Source of the DNA: Candidatus Aldehydirespirator sp.
GTDB taxonomy: Bacteria; Actinomycetota; Acidimicrobiia; Acidimicrobiales; Aldehydirespiratoraceae
Reading direction: 5' to 3'
Assembly (NCBI GenBank): GCA_965204875.1
Contig: OZ242020.1
Span: forward strand, 2,027,729-2,091,728
DNA: 64,000 nucleotides
A model generated the notes under the pieces. It saw only the letters and a list, made by a program, of their open reading frames with translations, was not told where the DNA came from and made no database searches. A program made the translations under genes and the position numbers. Positions 27,984-37,014 of the stretch are shown one piece after another. How positions within the stretch are numbered: position 1 is the stretch's first letter; each line of letters starts with the position of its first letter.

Positions 27984-28061
27984 GCCGTAGAGCTTAGGCG
28001 CCCCGCCCTTAGGCGCCCCGCCGCCACCGGACGGTGAGCGCCCGCTCGCAGCGAACGTCGC

Positions 28062-28757
28062 TCAGCGCAGTATCCGCCTGGCCGCTGAGGCAAGCAGGGC
28101 GCCTGCGGTCATCCCTGCCGCCACGTCGCTGGCGTGGTGAAGGCGAACGTGGATGCGGCTCAGCGACACCACTAGCGCCAGCCCGAACCACACCGGCGTG
28201 AAGCGGCTGCGGCGTGACAGCAGCGCCGCCGCCACAACCGCCGCGCTCGCGTGACCGCTCGGGAAGCTGCTCGTGAGAGGCTGGCGCAACCGGTGCGGGC
28301 GCGTTGCGGTGTGCTGTGGCCGAGTCCTGCGGAACAGCGACTTCAATCCACCGTTCACGACGGCCGAATCCGCCGCGAGCACGAGGCTCAACTCCACTGC
28401 GCACCGCTTGTCGCGGCGAGCCGCGGCCTGCGCGATCCCGAGCGCGTGCCACAGCCTGGAATGGTTGGCCGCTTCCGACGCTCCGTAGAACAGCCGGTCC
28501 AGCGCCGGGCGACCCCGCAGGCGCCGCTCCCACCAGGCGTCGACGCTCGCATCGATGCGGTCAAGCAACTTCCAGGCAGGATCCAACAGATCACTCCCCG
28601 CATCCGGCGGTGCAGGCGTCACGCCCACGAGTCCTGGTCGCCGCCCATTCTGGTCATTGCGTGCATCCGGCGATTGCGGTGTTACTCCACGCCGCGCTCG
28701 GTGGTGCAATTCTTGGTGGAGTTGGTGCCACCCACGACTCCAGGTCGCTCGTCTCAC
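28062..28757 (-). CDS. PAP2-family phosphatase
   Basis: Has SFPSGHAS and SRIHVRLHHASDV. Confidence 0.75.
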   Translation of the reverse strand: MRRATWSRGWHQLHQELHHRARRGVTPQSPDARNDQNGRRPGLVGVTPAPPDAGSDLLDPAWKLLDRIDASVDAWWERRLRGRPALDRLFYGASEAANHSRLWHALGIAQAAARRDKRCAVELSLVLAADSAVVNGGLKSLFRRTRPQHTATRPHRLRQPLTSSFPSGHASAAVVAAALLSRRSRFTPVWFGLALVVSLSRIHVRLHHASDVAAGMTAGALLASAARRILR

Positions 28758-28760
28758 AGC

Positions 28761-30536
28761 TCATTCGCATCCGGCGGTGCAGGCGGGCTCGGGCAGAGTG
28801 GTGCTCGGAGCGGTGGACGTGGTGCTCGGGGCTGTCGTCGTGGTGCTCGGAGCGGTGGAGCTGCCGTCGCAGCGCGTCGCCTCGGGGCGGTATTGCGCCC
28901 AGACGGTGTCGGTCTCGCTGCGCCCGTCTGCGAGCCATGTGCGCGTGCGCTCGGTGGTCACCCGAGTGCAGGAAGTGCCGACGGATCTCGTCCGCTGCCC
29001 GGTCTGCTCAGCGAGCACCGACGGGGTGGAGTACATCTTGACGGTGATCGACGTCGCCGTCGTGGTCGGCCACAGCATCACCGCGTGGGGCGTGTTGTTC
29101 TCGAGGACGAGGTCGGGTTTGGGGTACGACACCGTCGCCTCGCGTCCGAAGGGGTAGCGGCTCAGGTAGATCGTGTGGCTCTGGTACTCGATGAAGTCGA
29201 GCCCGGCGAAGAAGGCCGCGTTGAACAGCGTCGTCGCGTACTGCGAGATGCCTCCTCCCACTGAGTCCACGAACATGCCGTCGAGGATCATGCCCGCCGG
29301 AACGAAGCCCTTCGCCGCGGTGCGGGGCCCCACGAACTCGTTGACCGAGAACCGCCGGCCGGGCTCGATGATCACGCCACGGGTCAGCTCGGCGATCCGG
29401 GCGATGTTCACGACGCGTTGCTGGCCGGCCTGGAAATTGGTGGTGAACTCGCTCACGACCTCTGTGATGCCCAGCGACTCCGCCCACTCGCGACCCCTCG
29501 GGTGCGGCACTGAAGCGGCGGGAACCCTGACAACCTCTAGGTCGCCGTACATGCCCCACAGGATCCACGCGGCCGCGGTGTCGCTGCAGCACTTGGATCC
29601 GGGCTCTCCGCCGGAGATCACGACGGCGCCCGCGTCGTCGATCGAGACGGTCGCCGGCGCTCCCTCGGTGCCGACCCCGACGAAGAGGCTGGCGAGGGTG
29701 TTGGCGAACTTGTCGTCGAGGGCGAGGCGTGTGTTGTGGCGGTCGCCCTCGAGCACGATGAAGTTGCGCAGGGCCTGCTCGCCTATGCGAAAGACCTGCT
29801 CGAACCCGTCGAGTTGCAGCCGGACGCCTCCTGCGGTGATCTCGTTGGCCTGAGCGGCCAGGGTCGTGGCCAGCTCGAGCGCCACCGGGTCGGCCGGGAC
29901 CATCCCGGCGATCGGCACGACGACGGTCACCCTCGCGCCCATGGCACCCGTGACGGCCTTCTCAAGCCGCCGTGCCAGCAGCTCCATGTCGGGTATGGCG
30001 ATCTCTGTGGTGGCGACCGGCTCGAAGGCGCCGTCGACGAGGGCTATCCGCGGGGTCTCGGGGTCGGTGTAGGGGGTCACGGCGCCCTGGAGGCGGGAGA
30101 CGTCGGTGGCTATCGACGGCTCGACGTTCCGCGTGGCGAACAGGTCGAGCAGCCAGGCTGCCGGGCGCACCACGGGCGGCGGCGGCTTGTCGGCCTCGGC
30201 AAGTGTGCGCTCGGTGTCGAGGGAGATGCCCAGCTCCTCGGCGGTGACCGTGATGGTGTGGTCCTGGAACTGGAGCTCGATCACGGTGGAGGCAACGTCG
30301 CTGCGCAGCGGCTCGAGGGCCTCGGTCGCCTCCCTTGGCGCCAGCCCGCCGATGTTGATTCCCGCCACCTCGGCACCGGGGCGGATGTGGTCGCTCCGGC
30401 GGTTCTCGTCCACTGCCCAGACGACGATGAGCGCGCCGACGATGGTCGTGACGATGACGATCCCGGGCCAGAACCAGCCCCCCCTGCGGATCCGGGCCAG
30501 CGTTCTTTGCAGCCCGGCAAGCCAACGTCTGAGCAC
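28761..30536 (-). CDS. VanW-family protein (membrane-anchored, Ser/Thr/Pro-rich tail)
   Basis: 591 aa. N-terminal TM WFWPGIVIVTTIVGALIVVWAV. VanW-like core ...FSVNEFVGPRTAAKGF.... Confidence 0.7.
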   Translation of the reverse strand: MLRRWLAGLQRTLARIRRGGWFWPGIVIVTTIVGALIVVWAVDENRRSDHIRPGAEVAGINIGGLAPREATEALEPLRSDVASTVIELQFQDHTITVTAEELGISLDTERTLAEADKPPPPVVRPAAWLLDLFATRNVEPSIATDVSRLQGAVTPYTDPETPRIALVDGAFEPVATTEIAIPDMELLARRLEKAVTGAMGARVTVVVPIAGMVPADPVALELATTLAAQANEITAGGVRLQLDGFEQVFRIGEQALRNFIVLEGDRHNTRLALDDKFANTLASLFVGVGTEGAPATVSIDDAGAVVISGGEPGSKCCSDTAAAWILWGMYGDLEVVRVPAASVPHPRGREWAESLGITEVVSEFTTNFQAGQQRVVNIARIAELTRGVIIEPGRRFSVNEFVGPRTAAKGFVPAGMILDGMFVDSVGGGISQYATTLFNAAFFAGLDFIEYQSHTIYLSRYPFGREATVSYPKPDLVLENNTPHAVMLWPTTTATSITVKMYSTPSVLAEQTGQRTRSVGTSCTRVTTERTRTWLADGRSETDTVWAQYRPEATRCDGSSTAPSTTTTAPSTTSTAPSTTLPEPACTAGCE

Positions 30537-30663
30537 CTTCGGGAGGGTACCTGCGGCGTGTGACGCAGGGCAGCCTCTAGAACAGCCTCGACCAGCTCTA
30601 GAAGAGCCTCAACCGGGCGGGAGCGCGTGAGCGACGCTGTGGTGGAAGGGTCGCGACCGGCCT

Positions 30664-31332
30664 CTAGAACAGCCTCAACTCGTTGGACTCGATGCCCCGG
30701 AGCTCGTCGTAGTCCACCTCCACGCAGTCGATGTGCCGATCCGAGGCCAGGACCTTGGCCTGGGGCCGGATCGAGCCGGCCACCAGCACGCCCCGCACCG
30801 GTGCCACCGCCGGGTCGGCGTTGAGGAAGTCGAGGTAGCGGGTCAACTGCTCCACCCCGTCGATCTCGCCCTGGCGCTTCACCTCCACGGCCACGGCGTT
30901 GCCCGAGGCGTCGCGGCACAGCAGGTCGACCGGCCCGATCGCGGTCGGGTACTCCCGCCGGACGAGCGTCAGCCCCTCCGCAATGGTCGACGGGTTGTCC
31001 GCCAGCAGTTTCTGAAGCTGGGTCTCCACGCCGTCCTTCTGCAGGCCGGGGTCGTTGCCCATGTCGTGGCTGCTGTCGTGGAGGATCTCCTCGACGGTGA
31101 TGGTGAGCGTCTCGGAGCGACCGGGAGAGGTGACCCTCCAGACGCCCGTGTCGTGGTCGATGACCAGCCGGTTCGGGGCGTTCATCCAGTTGAGGGGCTT
31201 GTACGCGCCGCCGTCGGCGTGGATGGCGACGCAGCCGTCGGCCTTCACCATGATGAGCCGCACCGCTGATGGCAGATGGGCCCGCAGCCGCCCGCCGTAG
31301 TCGACGGCGCAGCGGGCTATCACAAGCCGCAC
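30664..31332 (-). CDS. nucS: endonuclease NucS (EndoMS)
   Basis: 222 aa from the GTG at 31332. Starts [17 protein letters not shown]-terminal RecB-like domain has VDLLCRD..G..VAVEVKR. Confidence 0.85.
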   Translation of the reverse strand: MRLVIARCAVDYGGRLRAHLPSAVRLIMVKADGCVAIHADGGAYKPLNWMNAPNRLVIDHDTGVWRVTSPGRSETLTITVEEILHDSSHDMGNDPGLQKDGVETQLQKLLADNPSTIAEGLTLVRREYPTAIGPVDLLCRDASGNAVAVEVKRQGEIDGVEQLTRYLDFLNADPAVAPVRGVLVAGSIRPQAKVLASDRHIDCVEVDYDELRGIESNELRLF

Positions 31333-31424
31333 GGCAGAACAAGGTAGCGCTCTCGGCAGCCCCGCGCCCGAGTCCCTTCGAGCGGTGCGGGCGCCACACG
31401 GGATCATGCACGTCGAGCGCCGCC

Positions 31425-31715
31425 CGTAGCAAAGCGCCCGCTACCTGCGCCGGATCCAAGTAAAGCGATTGCGGTTTTGCTTTACTTAGATTTGCGCTAA
31501 GTAAAGCGCCCGTTACCCACACTCGATCTAAGTAAAGCGACTACGGGTTTGCGTTACTTAGATTTGTGCTAAGTAACGTCCCCGTTACCTGCGGCTGATC
31601 TAAGTAAGCGATTGCGGGTTTGCTTTACTTGGATCTGCGCGTAGTAAAGCGCCCGTTACCTCCGGCCAATCTAAGTAAAATAATCATCAGGGTGGTTTAC
31701 TTGTGAGTGGGAAGT
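31425..31715. repeat. four tandem ~72-bp units, each with a CTAAGTAAAGC-n12-GCTTTACTTAG type inverted repeat
   Basis: Unit starts are about 31426, 31497, 31569 and 31640. The motif aagtaaagcg (or a close variant) lies at 31458, 31498, 31529, 31570, 31600, 31641 and 31670. G+C is 45% in 31461-31520. Confidence 0.85.
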
Positions 31716-31762
31716 AGCTAGGATCCAAACTCGTTTCGAGCCTATTCAATACAGGTACCCGC

Positions 31763-32935
31763 ATGCAGTCGAGCGCCTTCCCTTCCCAAGAACGTGGCAG
31801 CGTCCTCAGGACGCCTGAGGGCTTCTGGGCGTTCCACCCCAAACCCCTGCCTCGCAGGTACCGGCTGCCGTTCGAGCTGACCTCACTGCTGGACGAGGCT
31901 ACCGGGGTCTTGCATCGCCTCGGCGGGGTGGGACGGCTGCTGCCTAATCCTCACCTGCTGATCGGGCCGCACCTGCGGATCGAGGCCGTTCTGAGTTCGC
32001 GCATCGAGGGCACCCGCACCGAGATGACGCAGTTGCTGCGGGTCGAGGCCGGCGAGAGGTCCGCGGCGGGCGGTGCCGATGAAGAGGCGCAAGAGGTGCT
32101 CAACTACATCGTCGCCACCGAGCACGGGATCGCCCGGATCCGAGCGGGCTTTCCGGTCTCGATCCGGCTCTTCCGGGAGATGCACGAGCTTCTCCTGGCT
32201 GGAGTCAGGGGCCAGGACAAACGTCCTGGAGAACTGCGCAAGAGCCCGGTGTGGATCGGCGGCGCCAACCTCAACGATGCAGTATTCGTGCCGCCGCCGC
32301 CCACCGAGATGCTCGATGCTCTGGGCGACCTCGAGCGGTTCATGCACGAGCACGAGTTGCCGTTGCTGGTTCAACTCGCCCTGGCCCACTACCAGTTCGA
32401 GGCGATCCACCCGTTCCTCGACGGCAACGGCCGGATCGGAAGGCTGCTGATCCTGTTGATGCTGCTGGAGCGTGGGGTCCTGTCCCAGCCGCTGCTGTAC
32501 CTGTCGGCCTTCTTCGAGCAGCGTCGATCCGAGTACTACGACCATCTGCTTGCCACGAGCCAGCACGGTGACCCCGCTCCCTGGATCCGCTTCTTCCTTG
32601 AGGGGGTGAGGCTGCAGGCACGCGACGCCGAGGAGCGAACCGTCCGGCTGGTCGAGCTTCAAGAGCAGATGCGTGGCGAGTTGCTCGCAGAGGGCCGGCC
32701 TTCCTCGGTGTTGCGGCTGGCCGAGTTGCTGTTCGTGGCGCCCGTGGTAAGCGCCTCGATGGCGGCGGCCCGGCTCGGGGCTACTAGGCCAACGGTTTAC
32801 AGGGCGATAGCCGCGTTGCAGGAGCGCGGCGATCTTCAGGAGATAACCGGCCGCCAGCGGCACCGGCTCTACGAGGCACCCGAGATCTTCCAGGCCGTCT
32901 ACGGCCCGATCGAGGCCGGTGACACGGAGGAGTAG
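31763..32935 (+). CDS. Fic/DOC family protein (class II, N-terminal inhibitory helix, C-terminal wHTH-like)
   Basis: 390 aa. Active site HPFLDGNGRIGR. Inhibitory motif SSRIEG matches (S/T)xxxE(G/N). Confidence 0.85.
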   Translation: MQSSAFPSQERGSVLRTPEGFWAFHPKPLPRRYRLPFELTSLLDEATGVLHRLGGVGRLLPNPHLLIGPHLRIEAVLSSRIEGTRTEMTQLLRVEAGERSAAGGADEEAQEVLNYIVATEHGIARIRAGFPVSIRLFREMHELLLAGVRGQDKRPGELRKSPVWIGGANLNDAVFVPPPPTEMLDALGDLERFMHEHELPLLVQLALAHYQFEAIHPFLDGNGRIGRLLILLMLLERGVLSQPLLYLSAFFEQRRSEYYDHLLATSQHGDPAPWIRFFLEGVRLQARDAEERTVRLVELQEQMRGELLAEGRPSSVLRLAELLFVAPVVSASMAAARLGATRPTVYRAIAALQERGDLQEITGRQRHRLYEAPEIFQAVYGPIEAGDTEE

Positions 32936-33053
32936 TCGCAGCCGCTACCTGCACAGCGAGGTGGACAGGACACCCTGCAGCGCACGATCAAGCACAGCGA
33001 CACGGAGGAATAGTCGGAGCTCTCCACGATGGTGGGTGGCTGCGGTAGTGTCG

Positions 33054-34079
33054 GTGCCTGTGAAGGTTGACGGGTTGCTGACCGGTTCGATCGGCGATGC
33101 CGCGGCCGGTGCCGCCGACCTTGAGGCGTCCGGGTTCTCGGGTGCCTGGACGCTGGAGGGATCCCACGACCCGTTCCTGCCCCTGGCGGTGGCCGCTGGT
33201 CACACCAGCGAGATCCAGCTCGGGACGGCGATCGCCATCGCGTTCGCTCGCAACCCGATGCTGCTGGCAAACATCGGCTGGGATCTGCAGGCGCATTCGC
33301 GGGGCCGGTTCGTGCTGGGGCTCGGCAGCCAGATCAGGCCCCACATCACCAAGCGCTTCTCCATGGAGTGGAGCAGGCCGGCGGCGCGGATGTGCGAGAT
33401 GGTGCAGGCCACGAGGGCCGTCTGGGACGCCTGGTGCAACGGCACCCGGCTGAGCTTCCGCGGCGACTTCTACCAGCACACCCTGATGACCCCGATGTTC
33501 ACCCCCGATGCGGCCGATCTGGGCGACTTCGGCCCGCCGCCGATCTTCCTGGCCGGTGTGGGCCCGCTGATGACGGAGGTGGCGGGCGAGGTGTGCGACG
33601 GGTTCTTCTGCCACCCCTTCACCACCGAGCGATACCTCCGGCAGGTCACGCTGCCGGCGCTGGAGCGCGGCCGCGCCAGGGCTGGCGCGTCGATGGACGG
33701 TTTCGAGATCGCCGGCCCGTCGTTCGTGGTGACCGGGTGCAACGACGCCGAACTCGAGCGGGCGGCGGCGGCCACCCGCCGGCAGATCGCCTTCTACGGC
33801 TCGACGCCCGCCTACCGGCCGGTCCTGGAGATTCACGGCTGGGGCGACCTGCAGGGCGAGCTGAATGCGCTGTCGAAGCGGGGCGAGTGGGAGGCGATGG
33901 GTGCGCTCGTCGACGACGAGGTGCTCAACACCTTCGCCGTGGTCGGCACGCCCGAGCAGATCGCGCCCGAGCTGGGCCGGCGTTACGGCGACGTGATCAG
34001 CCGCATCTCCTTCCAGGGCCCGAACCGCGGCGACCCCGACCGCTGGCTCGGGGTGATGGAGGCACTCAAGGCTCTCTGA
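33054..34079 (+). CDS. LLM-class F420-dependent oxidoreductase
   Basis: Has LGTAIAIAFARNPMLLA and GLGSQIRPHITKRF. GTG start candidates lie at 33048, 33054 and 33060. Confidence 0.75.
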   Translation: MPVKVDGLLTGSIGDAAAGAADLEASGFSGAWTLEGSHDPFLPLAVAAGHTSEIQLGTAIAIAFARNPMLLANIGWDLQAHSRGRFVLGLGSQIRPHITKRFSMEWSRPAARMCEMVQATRAVWDAWCNGTRLSFRGDFYQHTLMTPMFTPDAADLGDFGPPPIFLAGVGPLMTEVAGEVCDGFFCHPFTTERYLRQVTLPALERGRARAGASMDGFEIAGPSFVVTGCNDAELERAAAATRRQIAFYGSTPAYRPVLEIHGWGDLQGELNALSKRGEWEAMGALVDDEVLNTFAVVGTPEQIAPELGRRYGDVISRISFQGPNRGDPDRWLGVMEALKAL

Positions 34080-34845
34080 GACCGATGGCGGCGAGCACTG
34101 CGCCGTGCAGTTCGGGGCGGCACACAACCAGGTCGGGCAGGTAGGGATCGGGCTGGTTGTAGCGCAGCTCGGTGCCGTCGATCCGGCTGACGGCGCACCC
34201 GGCGGCAGCGGCCACGGCCGTCGGGGCACAGGAGTCCCACTCGTACTGGCCACCGGCGTGGACGTAGATGTCGGCGTCGCCGCGCACGACCGCCATCGCC
34301 TTGGCACCTGCTGAGCCCAGCGACACCAACTCCGCGTCCAGTGCCTCGGCCACGGCGTCAGCGGCGGCCGGGGGCCGGGACCGCGACACCACCAGCCGGG
34401 GCCTGCCGGGACGGGCGGGCGGCAGTCTCGGCGGGTGCAGTGTGGAGAGGGTCAGCCCGAGCGCCGGCAGCGACACAGCCCCGGCGGCGGGGCGCTCATC
34501 AACGGTCAGCGCCACATGCACGGCCCAGTCGCCGCGCCCCGGCTCGGAGAACTCCCGGGTGCCGTCAAGCGGATCGATCACCCAGACCCGCCGCGAGCCG
34601 AGGCGGCGAGGGTCGTCCGCCGCCTCCTCGGAGAGCAGGGCGTCGCCGGGCCGAGTCTCGGCAAGCTGCCGCGACAGCATCTCCTGCGAGCAGCGGTCAC
34701 CCTCGGCTCGCAACACCGCCGGGGGAGCATCCTGGCTCGCCAGCCTGTCCCGCAACTCCACCAGCAGCATCCCGGCCCGCTCCGCAGCCTCCGCGGCGAG
34801 CCTGTGATCATCGAGACCAACCAGCCCAGGTCCTACCTCAGACAC
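34066..34845 (-). CDS. cysQ: 3'(2'),5'-bisphosphate nucleotidase / inositol monophosphatase family
   Basis: 259 aa. Has WVIDPLDGTREF and GSAGAKAMAVVRGDADIYVH. Confidence 0.75.
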   Translation of the reverse strand: MSEVGPGLVGLDDHRLAAEAAERAGMLLVELRDRLASQDAPPAVLRAEGDRCSQEMLSRQLAETRPGDALLSEEAADDPRRLGSRRVWVIDPLDGTREFSEPGRGDWAVHVALTVDERPAAGAVSLPALGLTLSTLHPPRLPPARPGRPRLVVSRSRPPAAADAVAEALDAELVSLGSAGAKAMAVVRGDADIYVHAGGQYEWDSCAPTAVAAAAGCAVSRIDGTELRYNQPDPYLPDLVVCRPELHGAVLAAIGLREP

Positions 34846-34958
34846 CCCAACACGTTATGTCCGCTGGTTTCCGGTCTTCGATTGAAGGGTCCAGGCCGCT
34901 AGGAGCGCGCTGCCTGCGTCAGGATCCACACCCGTTCTCGGCACTATGGTCGAATGGT

Positions 34959-35414
34959 GTGGGAGCGGACTCGGGGAGCGGGTCGTGGGCCTCGTCGCCG
35001 GCCACGCGCAGGTCGATGCAGGCCAACCGTGGCCGCGACACCAAGCCCGAACTTGCCGTGCGCTCAGCCGTGCATCGTCGCGGCATCCGCTTCCGAGTAT
35101 CGACACGCCCTCAACCGGAGCTTCCCCGCACCGCCGATCTCGTCCTGCGCAAGACCAAGATCGCCGTGTTCGTGGATGGCTGCTACTGGCACGGCTGCCC
35201 CGAGCACCACACCCGGCCCGCCACCAACGCCCAATACTGGACCGACAAGATCGCGGGCAACATGGAACGCGATGTCGAGACCACCGACTACCTGCAACGG
35301 GCCGGGTGGACCGTGCTGCGGTTCTGGGAGCACGAGGACGCCGAATCCGTGGCCGACACCATCGAGCAAGCCGTGCGATCTGCCAAGAAGCGATCTACCC
35401 CATCACCCTCCTGA
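34959..35414 (+). CDS. vsr: very-short-patch repair endonuclease
   Basis: 151 aa from the GTG at 34959. Has RDTKPE, FVDGCYWHGC and VLRFWEHE. Confidence 0.8.
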   Translation: MGADSGSGSWASSPATRRSMQANRGRDTKPELAVRSAVHRRGIRFRVSTRPQPELPRTADLVLRKTKIAVFVDGCYWHGCPEHHTRPATNAQYWTDKIAGNMERDVETTDYLQRAGWTVLRFWEHEDAESVADTIEQAVRSAKKRSTPSPS

Positions 35415-35739
35415 CGTGGGGCAATCGTGGCCGCAGCTATCTCCGTGGGCTCGCGGCGGCCTGATCATCCACCGCAATGTCACATGGCGATGGAACTATG
35501 AGCGGCATGAGCAGATCACTCCACCCGGCCCTGCGCCGAGCGTCGGCGCCGAGCCCGCTTCGCGGGACGCTCGGCCGATCCGCGAGAGAACGTCAGCACC
35601 CCTGGCCTGCCGAATCGACGGATTCGCGCCGCAACCGGGCGTGCGCGGCTAAGCCCCTGCGCGGAGCAGCGAAGAAGCTGCGTCGCCCTAGCGTCCGCCT
35701 CTGCCTATCGGCCGTCGCTCACTTGCGCGGCCTGCTACG

Positions 35740-36411
35740 GTGATCGACGTGCCGCGGCTGTTGGACCTGTTCTGTTGCGCTGGCGGTGCTGCGGAGGGCT
35801 ACCATCGGGTCGGGTTCGAGGTGGTTGGGGTGGACATCGATCCTCAGCCGAACTATCCGTTCGAGTTCATCCAGGCCGACGTTCTTGACCTCGATCCCGA
35901 CTGGCTTCGTTCGTTCGACGTCGTGCATGCGTCGCCCCCCTGCCAAAGCTACTCAGCGCTTGCTGCCCGCACTGGCACCGGCCACTTGTGGGCACGGCTC
36001 ATCGACCCTGTGCGCGAGTTGCTGAGAGCTTCGGGCCGACCCTACGTGATCGAGAATGTGGTCGGCGCACCCTTGCGCGATCCGATCATGTTGTGTGGCA
36101 CGATGTTCGCTGAACTACGAGTGATCCGTCATCGGCTGTTCGAGTCGAATATGCTGCTTGTTGCTCCAGGGCCTTGCAGGCCGCATCCTCTGTGCCACAC
36201 ACTTGACAGGCGCAAACGCCATTACGGGCTTACCAACGAATGGCGCGACTATGTTCAGGTAAATGGCGGGGGCAATAGCAGTGTTGCCGCGGCTCGCGAT
36301 GCTATGGACATCGATTGGATGACAAAGCGCGAACTGAATGAAGCGATCCCTCCTGCCTATACCGAGTACTTGGGAGAACAACTCATAGAATACGCGAAGG
36401 CAGCCGCATGA
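35740..36411 (+). CDS. compact DNA (cytosine-5)-methyltransferase
   Basis: 223 aa. Motif I DLFCCAGG, motif IV SPPCQSYS, motif VI VIENV and a C-terminal LNEAIPPAYTEYLG (motix X-like). There is almost no variable/TRD region. Confidence 0.8.
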   Translation: MIDVPRLLDLFCCAGGAAEGYHRVGFEVVGVDIDPQPNYPFEFIQADVLDLDPDWLRSFDVVHASPPCQSYSALAARTGTGHLWARLIDPVRELLRASGRPYVIENVVGAPLRDPIMLCGTMFAELRVIRHRLFESNMLLVAPGPCRPHPLCHTLDRRKRHYGLTNEWRDYVQVNGGGNSSVAAARDAMDIDWMTKRELNEAIPPAYTEYLGEQLIEYAKAAA

Positions 36412-36980
36412 GCGATCTGAAAGGCCGCAAGGGAATCGCCGCGTATTTTCGTAACCACATTGGTGAGATTGTGACCTCAGATGATCTACGTCAGGCAAGT
36501 GGCAACCAGATGGAGTGGGGTCGAAGAGTCCGTGAATTGCGCCTGGAGTACGGGTATCGGATAGAGACGCATCGTGATTCGCTAGAACTCAAACCTGGCC
36601 AGTATCGGCTTGTCGAGCAGCCACCGGACAAGCCGCCGCCACGGTTCAGTCGCCAAATCTCACAGAAGACTCGAGCGCAAGTGCTCGCACGCAACGGCTC
36701 CACCTGTCAACTCTGTGGCAGAGGAACTGGAGACGACTTCGAGGACGGAGCACGCGTATTGCTGCACGTTGATCACATCCACAACAAGAGCGAAGGCGGC
36801 AGCGACGACCTCGCAAACCTCCGTACTCTTTGCCAGCGATGCAACGAGGGTGCCAAGGATGTCCTGCCACCACCGCCAGACCGACTTTGGTTGATGGGCA
36901 GGATCAGGGCAGCAAGCAACCGGGACCAGAAGGCTGTATACGAATGGCTATGCCAGAAGTTCAAGGCTGACACACCATGA
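36408..36980 (+). CDS. HNH endonuclease (probable restriction partner of the C5-MTase)
   Basis: 190 aa. Has CQLCG....HVDHIHNKSEGGSDDLANLRTLCQRCN. Its ATG overlaps the MTase stop (ATGA). Confidence 0.75.
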   Translation: MSDLKGRKGIAAYFRNHIGEIVTSDDLRQASGNQMEWGRRVRELRLEYGYRIETHRDSLELKPGQYRLVEQPPDKPPPRFSRQISQKTRAQVLARNGSTCQLCGRGTGDDFEDGARVLLHVDHIHNKSEGGSDDLANLRTLCQRCNEGAKDVLPPPPDRLWLMGRIRAASNRDQKAVYEWLCQKFKADTP

Positions 36981-37014
36981 GTGCGCTGCCTTCTTGCCTG
37001 TCTTGCCGGGATGC

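Noticed and set aside
31425-31715. CRISPR array interpretation of the repeat arrays here and at 19459-19630 and 58410-58575
   Set aside because: The units are contiguous tandem repeats with no unique spacers of regular length. No cas genes are present, and unit lengths of 72 and 33 nt with internal divergence do not fit CRISPR.
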